A DNA stretch of 62,956 bases, counting the filler, from Octopus bimaculoides (taxonomy: Eukaryota), in NCBI RefSeq assembly GCF_001194135.2. It is 4 parts of 4 records of this genome, joined end to end, with 100 filler letters (N's around TTAATTAATTAA, not from the genome) between each part and the next. Parts side by side here need not be neighbours in the genome. Positions count along the whole stretch, not along the records: positions 54,411 to 62,956 come from NC_068989.1; 3 more parts are not named here. One strand, written 5' to 3'. Every line of letters begins with the position of its first letter. Within the stretch, counting starts at the first letter, position 1. Both the position numbers and the translations under genes were made by a program. Below the pieces are notes generated by a model. The model saw only the letters and a list, made by a program, of their open reading frames with translations, did not search any database and was not told the DNA's origin. Positions 62,231 to 62,956 of this stretch are shown piece by piece.

Positions 62231-62956
62231 ACACGACTACTATCAACAACTTTTTCATCTTTTCAGATCGTTTACCAGAGACATCATCTAATATGTCCCT
62301 CCTTTTTAATGTCAGTAGAGTATGATCTAAGAAATCTGATTATCATTTCTAGCAGGTTAAACAACCACACTAATGTCCTCTCATTGGCTCATAGCATGAG
62401 AAAATATGCGACAAAGACTGAGCAGATGATGACAAGAACAGCAGATAATGAAGACAAATAGGAAAATGAAGAGGAGAGGAAAGAAAAGGGGAACAAAAGC
62501 TGCAGATAAAGAACTGGTGGAGGAACAGAGGTTATAGCAGGCAGCTCCCTCAGAAAACTGCTATGTCTGCTTAGCCCAAGTCTACATGTGTCTAGCTACC
62601 TAGCTTCAATGAGATGCCAAGGAACCAGAGACAACTAAAGGCTGAGAAATGGTAATGGGAATACAGTTTGCATAAGACACTGCTTCAAAAACAAACATTG
62701 TTCTTTTAAACTAGGTTTTTGACAAAAAAAATTAGTTTTTTTTTAAATGTCAGACATGAATTCATACATACACCCACACATGTTTGCATACAAAAACAAG
62801 CATGTGTGCGTGAGTGTGGGCGTGCACGAGTGTGTATATATATATATATATATATATATTAGTATATGCAAACAACAGGTTTGATAATACAAACAGAAAA
62901 ACAGAACTTAAAACATGAGTTGCTTTTTTTATCTTTTAGTTGCTTCAGTCAGACTG

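Overview
This is AT-rich eukaryotic draft-assembly DNA with many N gaps, microsatellites and tRNA-derived SINEs. The repeat content looks like an octopod cephalopod genome (inference). There are no prokaryotic-type features such as CRISPR arrays or operons, and no rRNA or true tRNA genes. One protein-coding exon is securely recognisable: the ATG-containing exon of CHTOP (chromatin target of PRMT1) on the minus strand at 6660-6733, reading MAQVPAKIVLKSTTRMSLND-R with a canonical acceptor and donor. About 6.7-25.6 kb is therefore probably CHTOP 5' intron(s), and 1-6659 is the intron after the ATG exon. Candidate upstream minus-strand exons lie at 12318-12347 (30 nt, in-frame upstream ATG), 16655-16666 (12 nt), 18273-18347 and from 23171. 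A motif-rich, possibly bidirectional promoter lies at about 25.36-25.79 kb, and a possible plus-strand transcript has exon candidates at 25725-25779 and 55469-55542. The rest is repeat: at least four SINE-like families, a decayed mariner transposase, remnants of RTE, CR1-like, Penelope-like and R4/Dong retroelements, hAT/Tc1-like MITEs, several long fold-back palindromes and minisatellites. The best leads are a possible poison-splice/intron-retention island in CHTOP intron 2, the small alternative 5' exons, the fold-back palindromes, inverted SINE pairs (potential ADAR substrates) and R4/Dong insertions targeted to (TAA)n. All are hypotheses. No clearly new biological system is demonstrable from sequence alone.
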